From NCBI GenBank assembly GCA_043228905.1, contig JBHGNT010000006.1, forward strand, positions 3,286,001-3,350,000: a stretch of 64,000 bases of DNA, given 5' to 3'. The first letter of the stretch is position 1, and the number at the start of each line of letters is the position of its first letter. This DNA comes from Azolla caroliniana (Eukaryota; Plantae; Polypodiophyta). This document shows, one piece after another, positions 62,401-64,000 of this stretch. The translations under genes and the position numbers were made by a program. Under the pieces are notes generated by a model. The model was given only the letters and a program-made list of their open reading frames with translations, did not search any database and had not been told where the DNA came from.

Positions 62401-64000
62401 AAACTTTTCTTTTTCGGAAAATTTATGCTTCATTAGTAGAAATACTGCACACATGACGAAATGATTAGGCTAAAAACATTACAATGGATCTAGCCATGAT
62501 GACCTATGAAAACCACACATTATTCTTTTAAATAACAAAACTCACTAAGACGAGAAAGAATGACATGAGACACCATATATCTATTGAACGTATAACGTAA
62601 TGGGTCATAATGGTTAGTCCACACCACTTCCTATTGTGCCGTCATCCGGTCGAATGTGGTCATGTCCTCCTGCTCCATAATGATAACAATTATCATTCTT
62701 TTCTTTCACCTATTTTCCCACTTGCAACTCCTATAATGCCATATGAGATATGATGAACCACGTTGACATAAAGCTATTGATGGACGATATACTCAAGCAA
62801 TATATACATGGGGTCGGTATTATGGACAATTGTAGAAGGTTAAGCGATATTATACAAACATGAGGATGTTGCATATGGATGCTCCTTCTATGAGACGTGG
62901 ACTAAGGCAAATAACAATTATACTTCTAGATCCACAAATAGAGTTTGGTAAACCTGAAATATGGCAATTAATAAATAACATTACCTTTTGATATATTTGG
63001 ACGCCGATATATTTAAAGGTATTCCAAAATGTGACTAAAAGACTTGCATAGATCATTATTGGAATTCGAATAGAGATTGTGCATAATCTCATAGGTTCTC
63101 TATATAACATAAAAGGTAACACCCAAAGGGCAGAGTTACAAATATTGGAATTTCATGCTATATGGGACAAAGAATATTTTATAGGTGGATATTTGACAAA
63201 CTGAAGTGATTTTACTCTACAACGTAGTATATTTTCCTAGGGAAAAAACAATGTAAGATATTGAAGTCTAAAGGAATCAAGTTTCAACCTTGTTTGAGTG
63301 AAAAACATAATACCATGATGATTCTGCGTGTGGAATGCAACAACCCATTATATATATTGGTACATTTGCATGAACCTTTTAAGCATCTTGTTATTCATGC
63401 CTCTTTTAGAAAAAGTGATTACAACTTGTCGTTCTTTTTGTATATGATGATACTCCTCATCCATCACTCGATTACATGGTTGACAATTTGACATCCACAT
63501 AGACTAGTTTACATAACCTTAATGGATGGGAAACCACGTGCTGTAAAGAGAAAAAGAGTGTAGAGAAATAAAACATAGCGTGAGGGAGACATTTCCTAAG
63601 TCATTGCTCCGCGAAGAATAAGAATGTCAATTTGTGGATGCCTCATGTAACCCTTCTATTTTTTTCACAAAAAACCTCCAAAGTTCTAACATCTGTCTCA
63701 TAAAGGTTTGGTTCCTCAAGTTGATATGCTCGGGGTTTCTCTTCCGTGGCTCACAAAGCTTGATGCAAGCTTATTGCAAAGGGAGCTCTATCATAAGTGA
63801 AGGACTTTGGTGTCGTAAAGGTAGACACAAATGTTGCTACTTAGTATCGTGTGGAGAGAGAGAGAGAGAGTACTAATGTGACAATTTTCATCATTGGAGC
63901 AAGTGGAAATTATTTCCTCAATGGAGTGTTCATCTTGCCTATTGGCAATTCAACATGTTCCACTACCCATGTAGTGTAGTTAGTGGGTGACCATACTCCA

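Overview
Eukaryotic nuclear DNA from a land plant, with spliceosomal GT-AG introns, CT/AG microsatellites and decayed retroelements. The gene content is compatible with a seed-free plant such as a fern or lycophyte, but that is inference. I reconstructed six protein-coding genes by hand, all with frame-consistent splice junctions: an intronless CrRLK1L (FERONIA/THESEUS-type) receptor kinase (-), NBS1/nibrin (14 exons, -), a heptahelical PAQR/HHP protein (3 coding exons, +), a plastid SufE-NadA quinolinate synthase (7 exons, +), a mitochondrial ATM3/ABCB25-type ABC transporter (20 exons, -), and a 6-exon gene at 31030-34959 (-) that the ORF track shows only as fragments. The last is the main finding. 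It encodes a 211-aa protein with an intact bacterial-type 3D (three-aspartate, MltA-like lytic transglycosylase) domain, so it is a candidate peptidoglycan-cleaving enzyme in a plant nucleus. It has a minimal uORF, a CCAAT-bearing tandem repeat upstream and an intronic fold-back. The rest of the window holds LINE and Ty1/copia relics, a clean hAT-type MITE with an 8-bp TSD and many short tandem duplications. I found no rRNA, intact tRNA or CRISPR array. Family assignments come from recognising motifs; no database search was run.
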